Source of the DNA: Cetorhinus maximus
Lineage: Eukaryota
NCBI RefSeq assembly: GCF_964194155.1
Contig: NC_135916.1
Span: 1,488,001-1,552,000 of the forward strand
Direction of reading: 5' to 3'
Length of the DNA: 64,000 nt
Shown: piece by piece, positions 25,648 through 41,023 of the stretch
Layout: every line of letters begins with the position of its first letter
Numbering within the stretch: the first letter of the stretch is position 1
Notes under the pieces: generated by a model
The model's input: only the letters and a program-made list of their open reading frames with translations
Databases searched by the model: none
What the model was told of the DNA's origin: nothing
Made by a program: the position numbers and the translations under genes

Positions 25648-26672
25648 TCTCAGCAGGTCTGGTAGCACCGGCGGAGAAGAGCACAGCTGACGTTTCGGGT
25701 CCTCATGACCCTTCAACAGAACTGAGTAATATTAGGAGAGGGGTGAAATATAAGCTGGTTTAAGGTGGGGGCGGGGGGAGAGAATTTGAAGGTGGGGTGG
25801 TTGTAGGGACAAGGAAGCAGTGATAGGAGCAGATAATCAAAAGATGTCACAGACAAAAGAAAAAAGAGGTGTTGAAGGTGATGATATTATCTAAACGAAT
25901 GTGCTAATTAAGAATGGATGGCAGGACACTCAAGGCACAGCTCTAGTGGGGGTGGGGTGGAAAGACTAACAGGGCATAAAAGGTATAAATTTAAAAATAA
26001 TGGAAATAGGTGGGAAAAGAAAAATCTATATAAATTAATGGAAAAAACAAAAGGGAGGGGGATGAAACGGGAAAGGGGGTGGGGATGGAGGAGGGAGTTC
26101 AAGATCTAAAGTTGTTGAATCCAATATTCAGTCCGGAAGGCTGTAAAGTGCCTAGTCGGAAGATGAGGTGCTGTTCCTCCAGTTTGCGTTGGGCTTCACC
26201 TGAACAATGCAGCAAGCCAAGGACGGACATGTGGGCAAGAGAGCAGGGTGGAGTGTTAAAATGGCAAGCGACAGGGAGGTTTGGGTCTTTCTTGCGGACA
26301 GACCGCAGGTGTTCTGCAAAGCGGTCGCCCAGTTTACGTTTGGTCTCTCCAATGTAGAGGAGACCGCATTTGGAGCAACGAATGCAGTAGACTAAGTTAG
26401 GGGAAATGCAAGTGAAACGCTGCTTCACTTGAAAGGAGTGTTTGGGCTCTTGGACGGTGAGGAGAGAGGAAGGGAAGGGCAGGTGTTGCATCTTTTGCGT
26501 GGACATAGGGCGGTGCCATAGGTGGGGGTTGAGGAGGAGGGGAAGGTGGAGGAGTGGACCAGGGTGTCCCGGAGGGAACGATCCCTACGGAATGCCACAA
26601 AGGGGGTTGAAGGGAAGATGTGTTTGGTGGTGGCATCATGCTGGAGTTGGCGGAAATGGCGGGGGAATGATG
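25648..26672 (-). mobile_element. Penelope-like element, 5'-truncated
   Basis: ORF 26099-26506 NLVYCIRCSKCGLLYIGET...GTLQPSGLN; hammerhead motif near 25683-25720. Confidence 0.88.
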
Positions 26673-27011
26673 CCTCCGGCCAGCAATCGATCAGGGGATG
26701 AAAGAATTTAATCTGCGTTCAAAAGCAGGAAGTCGGAGCTGTTACCGAAATGGGGCTCGCAAACATTGAGACCTTGTGATATTTGTCGCATTGATATTTA
26801 TTTGAACTGCCTTCAAACTAGGTTTCTTTTAATTTCAGTTACTCGTCCCTTTGAAATTGGCGGGCATTTTGAAATTGATGAACTGTCAGTTTCTGCTCCA
26901 CCAATCAGGGCCCAGAAATCCATACAGCCCGCTGCTCTTTTCAAATTTCTCGGCGGGATTGCGCTGCATCCAATCAGGACAGGAGGGAGGTGACGGACAT
27001 GTCTTAAATAG

Positions 27012-27479
<468 letters not shown>

Positions 27480-28361
27480 ACTCACCCTGCCCGACACTAG
27501 ACTTACACCGAGAACCACAAAGGCTCTTTTAAGAGCCACCAAGTCGGTCAAAGAAGGAGCTGCGATCTCTTAACTACACCAGCACTTTAGCATCTCAGGC
27601 CTACAATTTATTTTCCTCACTTTGTCACCGGGTAACTGTCCTTTGCTTCAATCACTCGGTGTTTCAGATCATTTGAGATCATTTTCAAAAGGCAAATATT
27701 TTAATAATAAAGGCACTTTTTCGCGAATTCTGGAGACTGGATATAAATAGTTGCAGCACATACTACTAATGTCCGTAAGATGTAACAGTGCTAGCAGGAT
27801 GCGTCTCACTCTAACCCACCCTTTCAGATATCATCAGAAATTACGAAGCGATAGGGATGTTCACACATGCACTAAAACCCGGATTCAGCTTCAAATGCCC
27901 CAAAGAGCCACCGAGTCGGTCAGAGAAAGAGCTGCGATATCTTGTTAAACAATCTAGCTCCTAAAACCCTCGGGCCTACAATTTATTTAAGTCCTTTTGT
28001 TCATCCGGTCTCTCCCTCTGCTGCATTTGGGGATATGGGGTGATTCCATTTATAGTTCTTTAGCTATTTCACGTCATTGAATTAGAAATGGAATGAATTA
28101 ATTATTCAATGAATGTTTCCCTGAACATTGTCAGTTGGTCATATGTAGATGCAGCACAGACTCCTGGTGTCTGGAAAAGGCAACAGCGCCAGCGTCTCGT
28201 TGTAACCAGCGCTTTCACAGATCGCATTAGAAATATAATGTCATTCCGAATCGATAGGGATGTTATCGCGCATCCGGATAGACAACAGGTCGCCCCTTTC
28301 ACTGATTAAGTGAGTGGCTCTGAAAAGAGCCTTTGGGTTCTCAGTTTAAAGAATGGTCGCA

Positions 28362-29212
<851 letters not shown>

Positions 29213-30319
29213 TGTAACAATCTCACAAGCACTTTCACAGAGAATGCTGATATCCGCCTTCTTTCAGTTCCCTTATACCCTCAGGAGGAATGGTGGTGCG
29301 CTCAGAGCTGATTGGTCAATTATATTACAGCTCATAATATTCTTCTTGTTACCAATCAGATTTCTGCCTGACTCACCAATGCGGGCAAGCAACGTATGAA
29401 GTCGGAAGTTAAGGGCGCCAAATCATTAGTTGAACAAACGATTATATATTTCAAAATGGAAAAGACAGACAAAAAATTAATCAAAGGAAATATCGCACAG
29501 AAATCGTCTTAGCTAAACAAAGGACAATTCCTTTACAAATCGTTCTAATGATAAATATTAAAGCAGTTCTGTTACAGAATGTTAGAAGGTTTCTCGCTCT
29601 CTTTTCCTCGATAACAGTTTTCCCGATACTGTCCGTTTCTAGTTTTGCCTGTGGACAAGAGGACAATAAAGGCGCCAATTTTCCAGATTCAAAACTGTTG
29701 TTTTATATATGTTCGTGAGTGTGAAGAGCGGAGTGCATATTTTTGGCGTAAATCTGCCAGTATTGAAACTGAGGCTTCCTACACCGCCAGGACTAATACG
29801 GAATGAATTGATCAAATCAACTTTTATAATGCTGGGGAGGGATAGCATCTTTGAGGGATCAAAGATTGACTCTGCTTGATTACATTTATACAACAAGGCA
29901 GGGTCTATTCTGAAGCAGCAAACATACGTTGTATTCCAAACCAACAATAAAAATGAAAATCCTCTGCAGGCTATGTGATTCTGGGATTAATCCTAATCAT
30001 CATTATCTGTTACTTAAATGTAGTTTTCACTCACTGAAGCTTTTCTTCCGAAATTGACATCAACGATATATGTTTTTGTTTTTGTCTCTGTAACATTCAG
30101 TTTTAAGTCAGTTTGGATTTTATCTGGTGCGTGTCAATCCCTGGAGTAAATTTTATATTTCATTCGACATATATTGCTGCCAACATAAGATTATGCTTCT
30201 ATTCTCGTTTTAATCCCCACATTATCTGTTAAACCCAGCTATGGGTGCGTGGAATATCTGCCTGTTCATGAAAAATAAATGTGATCTTTAATCTGAAATG
30301 TATAATTTTCCAAAAAAAT

Positions 30320-31295
30320 AAAGCAGGGTAAAAAACAGGGAATTACAGGCTGATTAGTCTACCATCAGTGGTAGACTTAATACAAGAGTCCACTATGTGA
30401 TAATAAGAGACTTTGAAAATGTCAAATAGATTGGACAAAGATAGCATGCGTTTATGAAAGGAAAATCATGTTTGACAAACCTATTGTAGCTTTTTTTGGG
30501 AATTAAATTGCAAAGTAGATAAGGGAAAACCAGATGATGTGGTATATTTAGATTTTCAGAAAGCTTTTGTTAAATGCCCACTTAAGTGTTTTGTGTAACA
30601 AATTGAAGTGCATGGGATGGGCGTTTGGATTGGCATATACTGAGAAAATATTAGTAAACAGGATAAAGTGAGCAGGAATAAATCAGTCTTAATGAGAATG
30701 GCAGAAGTTGACAATTATTGTGCCTCAGGGATCAGTGTTTGGGCCCCAGTATCCGGAATATACAAGAATGATTGTGGTGAAGGAACTAAAGGTAATATTT
30801 CCAAGTTTGACGATGACACAAAGCTATGAGGGAATGTGAAAGATGAGGAGGAAGTTAAGAGTGCCCAAGGAGACTTAGGCAATTTGAGTGAGTGGGCAAA
30901 AACATGGCATATGGATTGTGACGTGGATCGGTGTAAACTCACCCACTTTGGTAAGTGAAACAGAATGGCAGAGCATTATTTTAATAGTGATAGGTTGGGA
31001 AAAGTTGATATGAGAAGAGACCTACGTTCACCAAATGATCACCAGGCTGCTTCATGGGCTGGCAGGATTGTCACATGAGGAGAGAATGGGCCGATTCAGC
31101 CTGTAATCACTCAATGATTGTAGAATGAGAGGGGATGTATTTGAAATATTTGAAATACTGACAGCGCTGGTCAGGCTGGGTGCAGGGATGAGGTTTCCTC
31201 TGGCTGAGAGGCCTAGCAATGGATTCACAATCTCAGGATACGTTGTCGGCCATTTAAGGCTGTGTTGAGGAAAAGCTTCAGAGGGTGGTGAACAT
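30320..31295 (+). mobile_element. Degenerate CR1 LINE RT fragment
   Basis: tatttagattttcagaaagctttt (YLDFQKAF), gatgacacaaagcta; paralog of 7150-8095. Confidence 0.75.
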
Positions 31296-34200
31296 GTCAT
31301 CGAGTTGCATTCATTTTGTTACCTCCAGTATTTATAACATATGTGAATGTATATATTTTTCCCTCCGTGTATCACTCAGTATCTGCAACGTTTGCAAGAC
31401 TGGAATTAACTCAATCTTTAATATTTTAACGTGCTATCTCCTCAAGTGAGATTTCATTTGAATCTCTCAATGTCTGGAAGTTGATGTGAAGTTCAAGTTG
31501 ATATTCATATAGTCAACTGCTAGAAGTGCGTTTTCCTTGTGTGTCAATCGGTGACATATTACCTGACTGTGGATTTGGCCCTGTAGCATTCGGATTTTTC
31601 TCATTGTTATGTTCTCAGTGTATGTTTGTGGTTTTATCCCTGTATTTCATTCACTGGTACTTTGCATCAGATGAAGATAATTCATTGCTTCTCAGCGTCT
31701 AGTATAATCAGTGAGTTTGGCCATGGTTCTATAATTGTCAGTCTCTCAAACTGAATGTGAGTTTGTAATAACTCAGTCTTTAAGAGCAACTAGCTGACAA
31801 TGACTGTGTGATTTATTCCACTAAACTGTGCATCTGGCTTGCATGGGTATGTTCCACTCTCTGCGTATCTCTCATTGTCCTTTACAGTGCATGATTTGGG
31901 GATTAAATTGAACATGACAGTTTCCAATAGGCTATGTGATTGTGGGGTTATTTCTGTAGTTTTATGTTTTCACCTATTCTATTTGAATGAGATCTTTTCT
32001 GTCTCATTCAGATTCAGGTAGTGTAGTGAGTGTGGGATTTATTATAGAGCTTTCAGACTTGGCACATTCCGTGACTAACAACTGCATCATGGATTTTTCC
32101 TTCCCTGACACTGCGTATGTAGGGATAATTATCTAGTTGCCGTTCTCGTGTACGCTTCGATTTTTTTTTTGTATTTATAGCTGTAATTGACGTGTGTGTG
32201 AATGTGGGAGGAATTTTGCACCTGTGTTTATCAGCCCATCTTATTTGGAATATTATTCAATCTGTATCTGTGTTTCACCATTGTTGTAGGTAAGTGAGAG
32301 ATAAGACTATATCTGGACTTTTAATGAAACGTGTTGGAATATATTTTTATGAAACCCTCAACATAGCAGCATTTGTTAACCTTTGGTTTAACCTGTAACA
32401 TTGGCTTCATGTGTTTTGTAGTCACAGGTTATATTCAATAGTTCCCTCTGATTTGTGGAATGGCATTTAATTTTTAGCTCTGTGAAAACAATTGTGAATA
32501 TTACAGCTCCTTTAATCAGATACACAGCCTCATATATATTTTGTGCATTTTTTATAAAGGGATTGCTGGTGACTCTATACTGATGCTGCCATTTTTGGTG
32601 TGAAATTTGCAGATCTGTCTAAATTCTAAGGGACTGCATTGCAATTCATTCAGTCCCTTTCCATCAGTTATTTATTGTCTAATGAGGCTCAGAATAATTA
32701 ATTAATTTCTGACCAACGCAACACAATATAATTAAATCTGTTATTTGGTGTGTTTTCCGTTAACACTTTGATTGATGTACCCTCCTCTCATCTCGGTTAC
32801 ATGGAAATAAAAACAAACAACAACAAAAATCAGACTCTCCTGCTCAGTTTGTATCTTGCATTGAAAAGTTTTCTCTTCCCTTTGAAACAATGTGGGAATT
32901 AATAAATATATATTTGTGACTGTGGAGAAAGTGACCTGGAAGTTTCTCTGCTCTCAGTGAATGGTCCTGTACCTACCTTGTGTTGTTGCTAGCTCACTTT
33001 TTCACCTTGTTTATTTTGTGACTTTTGAAGTTGTTACTATTATCTACCTTTGTCACTAACATCATCATGCAACTTTCCTACCCATAGCACAGCTTGTGAG
33101 CTGAGACTTCTTTGTCACTTTTAATGTTGTACCTTTCAACCATTATTCATTCCTGATATTTCGACTGCAAATTGATTTCTTAATTTGGAGGCCTGTACTA
33201 TTATTTCATAAATTTTTCCATGTAAAAATATGAATGTGAGTTTCACTTTTGGAACGCATGGATGAAAAGAATATTTTGCCATTTTACTTGAACAGATATC
33301 TCCCTCTTTGCTGGATCAGTTCTATGAATTGCATTGACAGTCACTGGGATTCATTTATGTATTTGATTCTGTATCTATTGTTTCTGGGATGGAAGAGTAA
33401 CATTGCTTTTTAACTCTCAATCTTTGAATCTCATTACAATGCGTATGTCAAATTTTGTTTTGTCTGATTTTTCTCATAAATATTTAAATGTCATGTTTGT
33501 TGTCATCTAAGTCTTTGTTTCTGTCTCCATCTGCCAGTTTTTTTTATGAGTGTGAGTTTTAAACTGCTGGGTGTGCTTTCACATATGTGAGTATGATTTC
33601 TATTTCTTAAACTGCTGCTGTATTTATCTGTTTCTGGGATTCTTAATGTGACTGCGACTCAGTACCTGTCAGGTTCTGGTAAGTGATTGCTGTTCTTAGA
33701 ATGTCCAGTTGTTTTACTTTCTAGCACTTCCTTACTTGCTATTGAGCTTTTTTTCCCTTGCTCTCTCCATTAGTTTGTGGCATGTGAATGTGAGTGCTAT
33801 TCTGTATCTGTCAATAACTGCATTGCGAGCGTGGGTCATAATTGCAATTGGCAGTTTTAGGTATGTGTCTGGAATGCAAATGTGAATTTTACACTGCAGT
33901 TCTCACTTTTGAATGTCTGAACGTGTGTTTGAGATTACTTCACCGACTTTGACAATGTAACTATGATTATTCTCAGTATGAGTATAGCCTACATTCTTTA
34001 TCTATTAGTGTCTTATCAGCAAATGTAAGACTTATTCAAAATCTCTCAGTATTATAGTATTGTCATTGTGCGATTGATGATGTGTCTGTGCATGCCTGCT
34101 TTTATCTGTGTTTGGGTCTGTGTGAGAGACAGAGAGAGAGAGCACGTCTGATGATGTGTGTGTGTGTGTGTGTGTGTGAGTGTGTTCATGGTGTGTTTTT

Positions 34201-35877
34201 GTGTTTACGCTCCTTCTGTCTCTCTAATGTTTTTATGGACTTATCTTTTTATTTGTCATTGTTCAATATAGAAATGTGCATGTTGATTGGTACTCATAAT
34301 TATCTGGCATGATGACATGGATTCATTCTGTACATGACCAATTCTTCCCTTTTCAATTTTGATAGTCTTGGCTGTAAGCAGTAACTGTGAGGTTTGGTGT
34401 ATGTAAGTTTGCATTTTATCAGTATGAGTTTGTGGTATTCAATCCTTTTCAGATATGAGTTTGTGGTATTCAATCTACCCACTCATTTCCAGTTTGTGTT
34501 GTGAGCATGTCTTTTACTTTGTTAAAGTGAGCATTTATTTTATGAGACTCTGCATTTACAGTGAATGTGATGTATGAATGCGGCTTTAATCTGAACCAAT
34601 TTGATTCAGTTTCTTGTTTTATTTTCGGTGCTCAAATCTCTGTTTTACAAGTGATATATTCCATTCTGCTTGTGTCAATTTTTGATGAACTGAACAATAG
34701 TTTTTGTGAGATTCTGTTGATATTTTGTGTCTGAATATGGGATTTCCTTTGTACATGTCAGATTTTTGCATGAAGGAATGTTTATCAACTGCAACTAAGC
34801 AAAGCCGAAATATTCTCAACTGGATGTTGGAAACCTCAAAAAAAGGAAAGAAAATTGCTGGGAATACTGAGCAGGCTTGTCAACATCTGTGGAGAAAAAG
34901 CTGCACTGCCCGTTATCTGAAATTCCTGATGCGATGGAAGGTCATTTGCCTGCAATGATCACTCTCAATCTTTCTCCACAGTTGTTGCCTTCCCTGCTGA
35001 ATATTTCCAGCATTGTTAGTGTTTTTTTCCTCCCCCTGTCTGTGTTAATTCCCAGCTGATAAATATCACTCTGCAACTGACAGAGTCTGATAATTACGTT
35101 TCACATTTATTCTGTCAGAATCTCCAAGTGCATTTTACTCTGTGACTCTCATTTATGTCTGTGTTTGTGTCATTGTCGATTCTGTCAAACAAAAATATTG
35201 ATCAATGATGACCACATTTCAGTTTTCCATTTACTATGAAAGCATGAACCTACTTTCCATGTCCCTCTCAGTTTATGGAACGGGGTGATTTGTATGGATC
35301 AGCAACTTAAAATTTTTAATTCATGTTCATGTGTGTTTTTACAGTAGCCATCAAGATTAGCGATGTGTGTAGCCATGCTTCTCCTGTTTTGAAAAGACTT
35401 ATAGAAAATTTGATTTGTTTCTGCATCTCTATGTCCCTGGTATGTGCCTGTGGTTTTACAATGTAATTGTTTGTCTCTGTTATGGGAATCCGGGCTAGTT
35501 CTGTTTTGGCAGATTCTCCTCCGAGAGTGGTTTTATGTTATTCTCTGTACTTGTCAATATCTGCTTTGTGAGTTAAGTTTTAACCATTTTTTGTTTGTAG
35601 TGATATGTCGAAGTGAGTATTTATGACAATATTCCTCTGGCATGTCTATGCACGCCTCCATTAACAAAAATATACTCTATCTTTATTTCTGATATTGAAT
35701 TAGATTTTGGAATGGAATTTAACTCGTTGCTTTGAGAGAACTTTGCATGTATTCATGAATAATATTGTAAACATTAATTGCCTGATATTTAAGTTGCTGC
35801 TAATCTTCTACTCTTGTGACATGAATGGACTGACCTTCAATCTGATAATGGTTGTGATTTGGGACTGAAATTGGTGG

Positions 35878-36370
35878 TGTTGTGGTTTCTTCTAATAATC
35901 GACCACAGTGACACAGATAAAGGTTAAGAATTGTTTATTAAAGGGAACAACAGGAAGGGTCTGCTCCCTTTGGCTGTCTATAAACAGAACTCTACCGATT
36001 ACAGGATAACAATCTTTTTTAAACACTAAACAGTTCATGTACACATTACACTATTCTAATTCCAGTCTTGGCAGTACATAATCAAATGACAAGCAGATGT
36101 CACCAGTCCGAGGAACATACATTTGCTTTCGCAAGCAGGGCCTCTTCATCTCGTTCTAGCCTGGCTCTATCCTGGGTACTGTTTGTCATTACCCTTATGT
36201 GTTTATCTTCGTCCACTTTCTATCTCCTAACCAGTTAATCCCTTTTTATCCTTAAGGTCATCCTGGAGAGAGCTGCTGATACCGGCCCTTATGGTGTACA
36301 AGGTTTCACTGGAGAATTTTGCTGACCTTTGGTTTGGCTAAAACATAGAAATCGCTGCTTACCTCTTACA
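35878..36370 (-). mobile_element. Solo LTR (493 bp)
   Basis: TG...CA termini; 4-bp TSD GTGG (35874-35877 and 36371-36374); minus-strand AATAAA near 35935; empty sites near 17790 and 51570. Confidence 0.8.
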
Positions 36371-36566
36371 GTGGGCCTACCATTCAGCAGTACCGTGTAG
36401 TAGTGTTTTGTGGGGGTTATAATTCAGTCTCCCCTGTGTGTTAGCCTACTGGATTGATCATGTGTATCAGGGTTTGAGTTCAATTCGAGTCTGACTATTT
36501 CTGCTCTGGGTGATGGTCACAATGATGTTTTGTCTGTATCTGTGCACTCTTGGACCAGGATCGTAC

Positions 36567-37535
36567 CTGCTGCCAGTTAGAAGGAGATAGCTGCACCTCT
36601 GTGTTGGCTGGTGAAACTTGAGCTTGAAACTGATCCCTTCATTAACCTGCCAGAGAGGAAGAAAGATATCTCCAGTAACTCAAAATCAGCTGAGGTCAGG
36701 AAAAGGCAATAGATCAATGTAATATTTCAACTGATAATCAATTTCAAAAATACTGTACATATTATGGCGGACAACGAAAAAACTACAGTGTTTAATTCCA
36801 CTTCTAACTATTGAGAGACATTCAGAAACAACCCACATCTGTACGGCTCCAAGGGTGTCACTACCGGGGCCCAGAGATTTTAATTTCAGGACAGATTTTA
36901 ATTTCCAGCTCCCTTTGTAAGAACCGCCAACTCAATCTAACTGTGGAAGGGACAATGTTTCTTTGAGACGCCTCAGCTGAACAGCTGGTGCCTGCAACAC
37001 GTGTCGTTAACATTACTGCTCCACTCCTTACTCTCCGTCTCTTTCCACTATTCACTGTCCAAAAGCCAACAAGTTGTGTGAATCAGAAGCTAAACTTGGA
37101 ATATGCATTACAGGTTTGAGGAGAGAAAAAGAAAATAATAGTTTTGAATTGCAGCTTCCTCTGGTTCTGTCTCTCTCAGCAGGGCCACACAGCCCCAGAA
37201 AGGCCTCTCCCCGTCCACCAGCTCACTCCAATTCCGGAACACGTTCCCGCTCCGCTCCGCCTCTTACAAACAGCCCCCGGTTCTCCCTGAACTTACCCCG
37301 AGTCAATGTTGATTTCTGTGTCCACACTGACAAATCGGTGCCCTGCTGGAATCAGAACGCTGTTTACTCGCTTACCCGGGCCCTAATATTTTCATTTCTA
37401 TCTGTTTGAAACAAAGGTCTCCCGCTCACTGAGTAAAAGGCCGTCAAGGGTAGTGGTTGGGGGGAGGGGAAGCGCGCATGCGCTCGTCTTGTCACCGATA
37501 AATTCCAGAACGCAGGGCTGCAATGCGCATGTGCT
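36567..37535 (-). ncRNA. Putative spliced non-coding transcript 5' region, copy B
   Basis: GCGCATGCGC at 37474; donors at 37371 and 37291; candidate exon 36567-36646. Confidence 0.42.
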
Positions 37536-37561
37536 TTTGGAAACTAACTCAGAACAAACCA

Positions 37562-38343
37562 AAACAAAAACAGAATTACCTGGATAAACTCAGCAGGTCT
37601 GGCAGCATTGGTGGAGAAGAAATCAGTCAACGTTTCGAGTCTTCATGACCCTTCGGCAGAACTGAGTATAGTTAGGAGAAAGATGAAATATAAGCTGGTT
37701 TAAGGTGGGGGGGCGGGGGGAGAGAGAAGTTGAATGTGTGGTGATTGTGGAGATAAGCAAGCAGTGATAGGAGCAGATAATCAAAAGATGTTACAGACAA
37801 AAGGATCAAAGAGGTGTTGAACGTGGTGATATTGTCTAAGAAAGGTGCTAATTAAGAATGGAAGACATGACACTCAAGGTACAGCTCTAGTGGGGGTGGG
37901 GTGGAAAGACTAACAAAGTTTTAGTCTTAGATTTAAAAATAATGGAAATAGGTTGGAAAAGAAGAATCTATATAAATTATTGGAAAAAAAAGGGAGGGGG
38001 GAGAAACGGGGTGGGGATGGGGGGAGGGGGAGTTTAAGATCTAAAGTTGTTGAATTCAATATTCAGCCCGGAAGGCTGTAAAGTGCCTAGTCGGAAGATG
38101 AGGTGCTGTTCCTCCAGTTTGCATTGGGCTTCACTGGAACAATGCAGCAAGCCAAGGACAGACATGTGGGCAAGAGAGCAGGGTGGAGTGTTAAAATGGC
38201 AAGCGACAGGGAGGTTTGGGTCATGCTTGCGGGCAGACCGCAGGTGTTCTGCAAAGCGCTCACCCAGTTTGCGTTTGGTCTCTCCAATGTAGAGGAGACC
38301 GCATCTGGAGCAATGAATGCAGTAGACTAAGTTAGGGGAAATG
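37562..38343 (-). mobile_element. Penelope-like element, 5'-truncated, 13-bp TSD
   Basis: GIY-YIG coding DNA at 38040-38340; tcagaacaaacca at 37549-37561 and 38344-38356. Confidence 0.88.
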
Positions 38344-40366
38344 TCAGAACAAACCAGGTCACCTGATCCTTCCCCATGTCAATTTCCTCAGGCTTGAGCA
38401 TAGGAATTGGAATGTGGGGAACGGGCAGAGACGTTACGAGCGGGAGGGCCATCCCTGGATTAAATCCAAACTGGGCGTCTTTGCTTTTCATTCCAGGATT
38501 CCGCAAATTAAGCCTCATGTCGAATAGGTGTGTTTGCTGTTATAGCTCAGAACTTAATATCAGATCGTAAAAGTCTCAGGTTAATATAATCAGATTGAAA
38601 ATGTCAGTCACTGACTGTCGTATTCAACAATTTTAGTCGAAGTTTTCCCGAGAGTTCCAGAGTTTATAGAATGTTTCGTTTCATTATTATTACCTCAACA
38701 TCTGTCACTTTCCTGGACTGTGGGACAGAAATGTCTCTGCCTCTCGTCCAATGTTAGTGAGAGATGAGACCAGGCATCTCTCACCGCTGGGGGGATTTAT
38801 AAGTGCCGGTCTTATCAATCAGCTCCAGAATATTGGGTGCTCCAATAAGGAAACCTATTAATCTTCTAAGCTCCAATGATTATAAGTCCAACGTGTTCAA
38901 GATTTCCTCACCAGTCAACAAGATAATCGCAGGAAGCTGCTCATGAACATTCCCTGAATTGTATCAAGAGATCGATATTATCCTTTTGTTCTAGCGGATG
39001 TTTGAGACACAATTATGAATTGTGATATGTGTATATTCTGTTGAAATAGTGACAGTGTGTCTTTTTTCACCCGATAATGGGTATGATGGTCACTCATTGT
39101 TATATTGTCACACGGTAGAGAAATGGAGGCTAATTGTTCTCTCTCTCTCTCTCTCCCACACACTCACACACACGTAGACACGCAATCACAAATACACTTG
39201 ACCCCGCTCTTTGTCCCCAAACCCTCTACTTCTGTTGATGTGCATGTTACTAATGTTATTGATAGGACAAAGTCAACTGACACTAACAATCCGCCCATGT
39301 GATGTGTAGGACTGTCACTGTTTATTCTCTCAGAAATTCAGGTCTGATATTTCATCATATCATCTCCAGTCAAAAATCGAACTGTGCTCTGAAAAACTCT
39401 GCGATTGTCAGCAACGTGAACTTGCGCGAAAATGCTTCCATACATAACTGGACTTCTCTGGGTGTTGAGATTGGGATAAAATGCAATTGGTGAAATTGTG
39501 AATTCTCAGTTCAGGAGGAGCAACGTTAAAAGGGAAATCTAGAGCGACTGGGAGCAGATAATTTGTATTGTCACCAGAAATAAACATCTTGATGTGAGCT
39601 AATCAGACAATTACCTGAAATCATATATAATTGGCTCTACCCCAGATTCTGCAAATCAGACTCTCTGCGGGTCCAATGCCTCAGAGAGTTTTATGTTCGC
39701 TGAATTCACACTCGACAGCAAATAAATAGAAACCGGAGCAAAGATCGAAAAGAGATGGAAATCTCTACCGAGACATTCACAATTGTTAATCATGTTACTA
39801 ATGAACCTTTAAATGTGAAGATTGTGTAAGAGAGAGTTTGAAGTGGGCGGGAGAATCAGAGGAATGAAACTGTGTTTGTGTGTCCGTTCTGATCAGGAAA
39901 TTCCCGAGCCCCGCTTGGGTAAAATAAAAATATTTTCCAATGGAAGACAACCCCTGCTCCCCAGCTTAACCCCAAAGTGAGATTTCAAGACAATTTCATT
40001 GTTGTTATCTAGAGTTCGGTCTAAAAGTAGAGGTCATGTCAGAGATCGGGTGAAGGAGCCGCAGTAAATCAGGTTTTAATCGAAATTCGAGTCTTCAATT
40101 CGCGTGAAATCTTTTTGGCAGCGAACATTACAGTGTTTGAGATAAGAACGATTTAGTTTGGGACACTGGAGAGCCGGAATTTCCATGGAATTGGGGAGTT
40201 TGTGAGGAGAGAAAAACACAGAGAGGCAGCAGCAGCCTGGAGCTGACAGCAGCCTGTCTCCGCCCCGTCCGCTCGCTGCCTTTAAGTTGCTCAGTGCCGC
40301 CACCAGCGGCTTCATTTCTCAGCCCGTTCAGATTGACAGAGACACTTTTGTGCAGAGTCCTGGAAC

Positions 40367-41023
40367 ATGACCGATACTGCAGCCGCCGAAACGGCTCCTC
40401 CAGCCGCTCCCGCCGCCCAGGTCAAGACTCCCAAGAAGAAGAAGAAGGCGGCTCCCCGGAGCAGTGCAGCCGGTCCCAAGCTGGGCGAGCAGATCCTCAA
40501 GGTGGTGGCGGATTGCAGCGATCGCAAGGGGATGTCGCTGCCCGCGACCAAGAAGGCGCTGCGCGGCAATGGGGTGGATGTGGAGAAACTCGGCTCCCAG
40601 ATCAAGCAAAGCATCAAGAGGAATGTGAAGAATGGCTTCCTGGTTCAGGTCAAGGGCACGGGCGCCTCGGGCTCCTTCAAAGTCCCTAAGAATACAACCC
40701 CGGGGAAAGTGGGAAAGAAGGCGAAGGCAGCAGCTGGCAAGAAATCTCCAGTGAAGAAAGCGGCAGCCAAGAAGGTGACAGCAAAGAAAGCAGCGGCCAA
40801 GAAAACTCCAGTCAAGAAAGCACCGGCCAAGAAAACTCCAGTCAAGAAAGCAGCGGCCAAGAAATCCCCAGCGAAGAAAGCAGCGGCCAAGAAAACAGCC
40901 AAGAAGGCGGCAACTCCCAAAAAGCCGGTGAAGAAAGCAGCCCCCAAGAAAAAGTCTCCGGCCAAGAAGGTGTCGGGCGTCAAAAAAGTGGCGATAGCGA
41001 GGGCCAAGCCCAAAGGGAGATAA
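40367..41023 (+). CDS. H1: Linker histone H1
   Basis: 218 aa; stem-loop 41081-41096; SLPATKK variant. Confidence 0.97.
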   Translation: MTDTAAAETAPPAAPAAQVKTPKKKKKAAPRSSAAGPKLGEQILKVVADCSDRKGMSLPATKKALRGNGVDVEKLGSQIKQSIKRNVKNGFLVQVKGTGASGSFKVPKNTTPGKVGKKAKAAAGKKSPVKKAAAKKVTAKKAAAKKTPVKKAPAKKTPVKKAAAKKSPAKKAAAKKTAKKAATPKKPVKKAAPKKKSPAKKVSGVKKVAIARAKPKGR

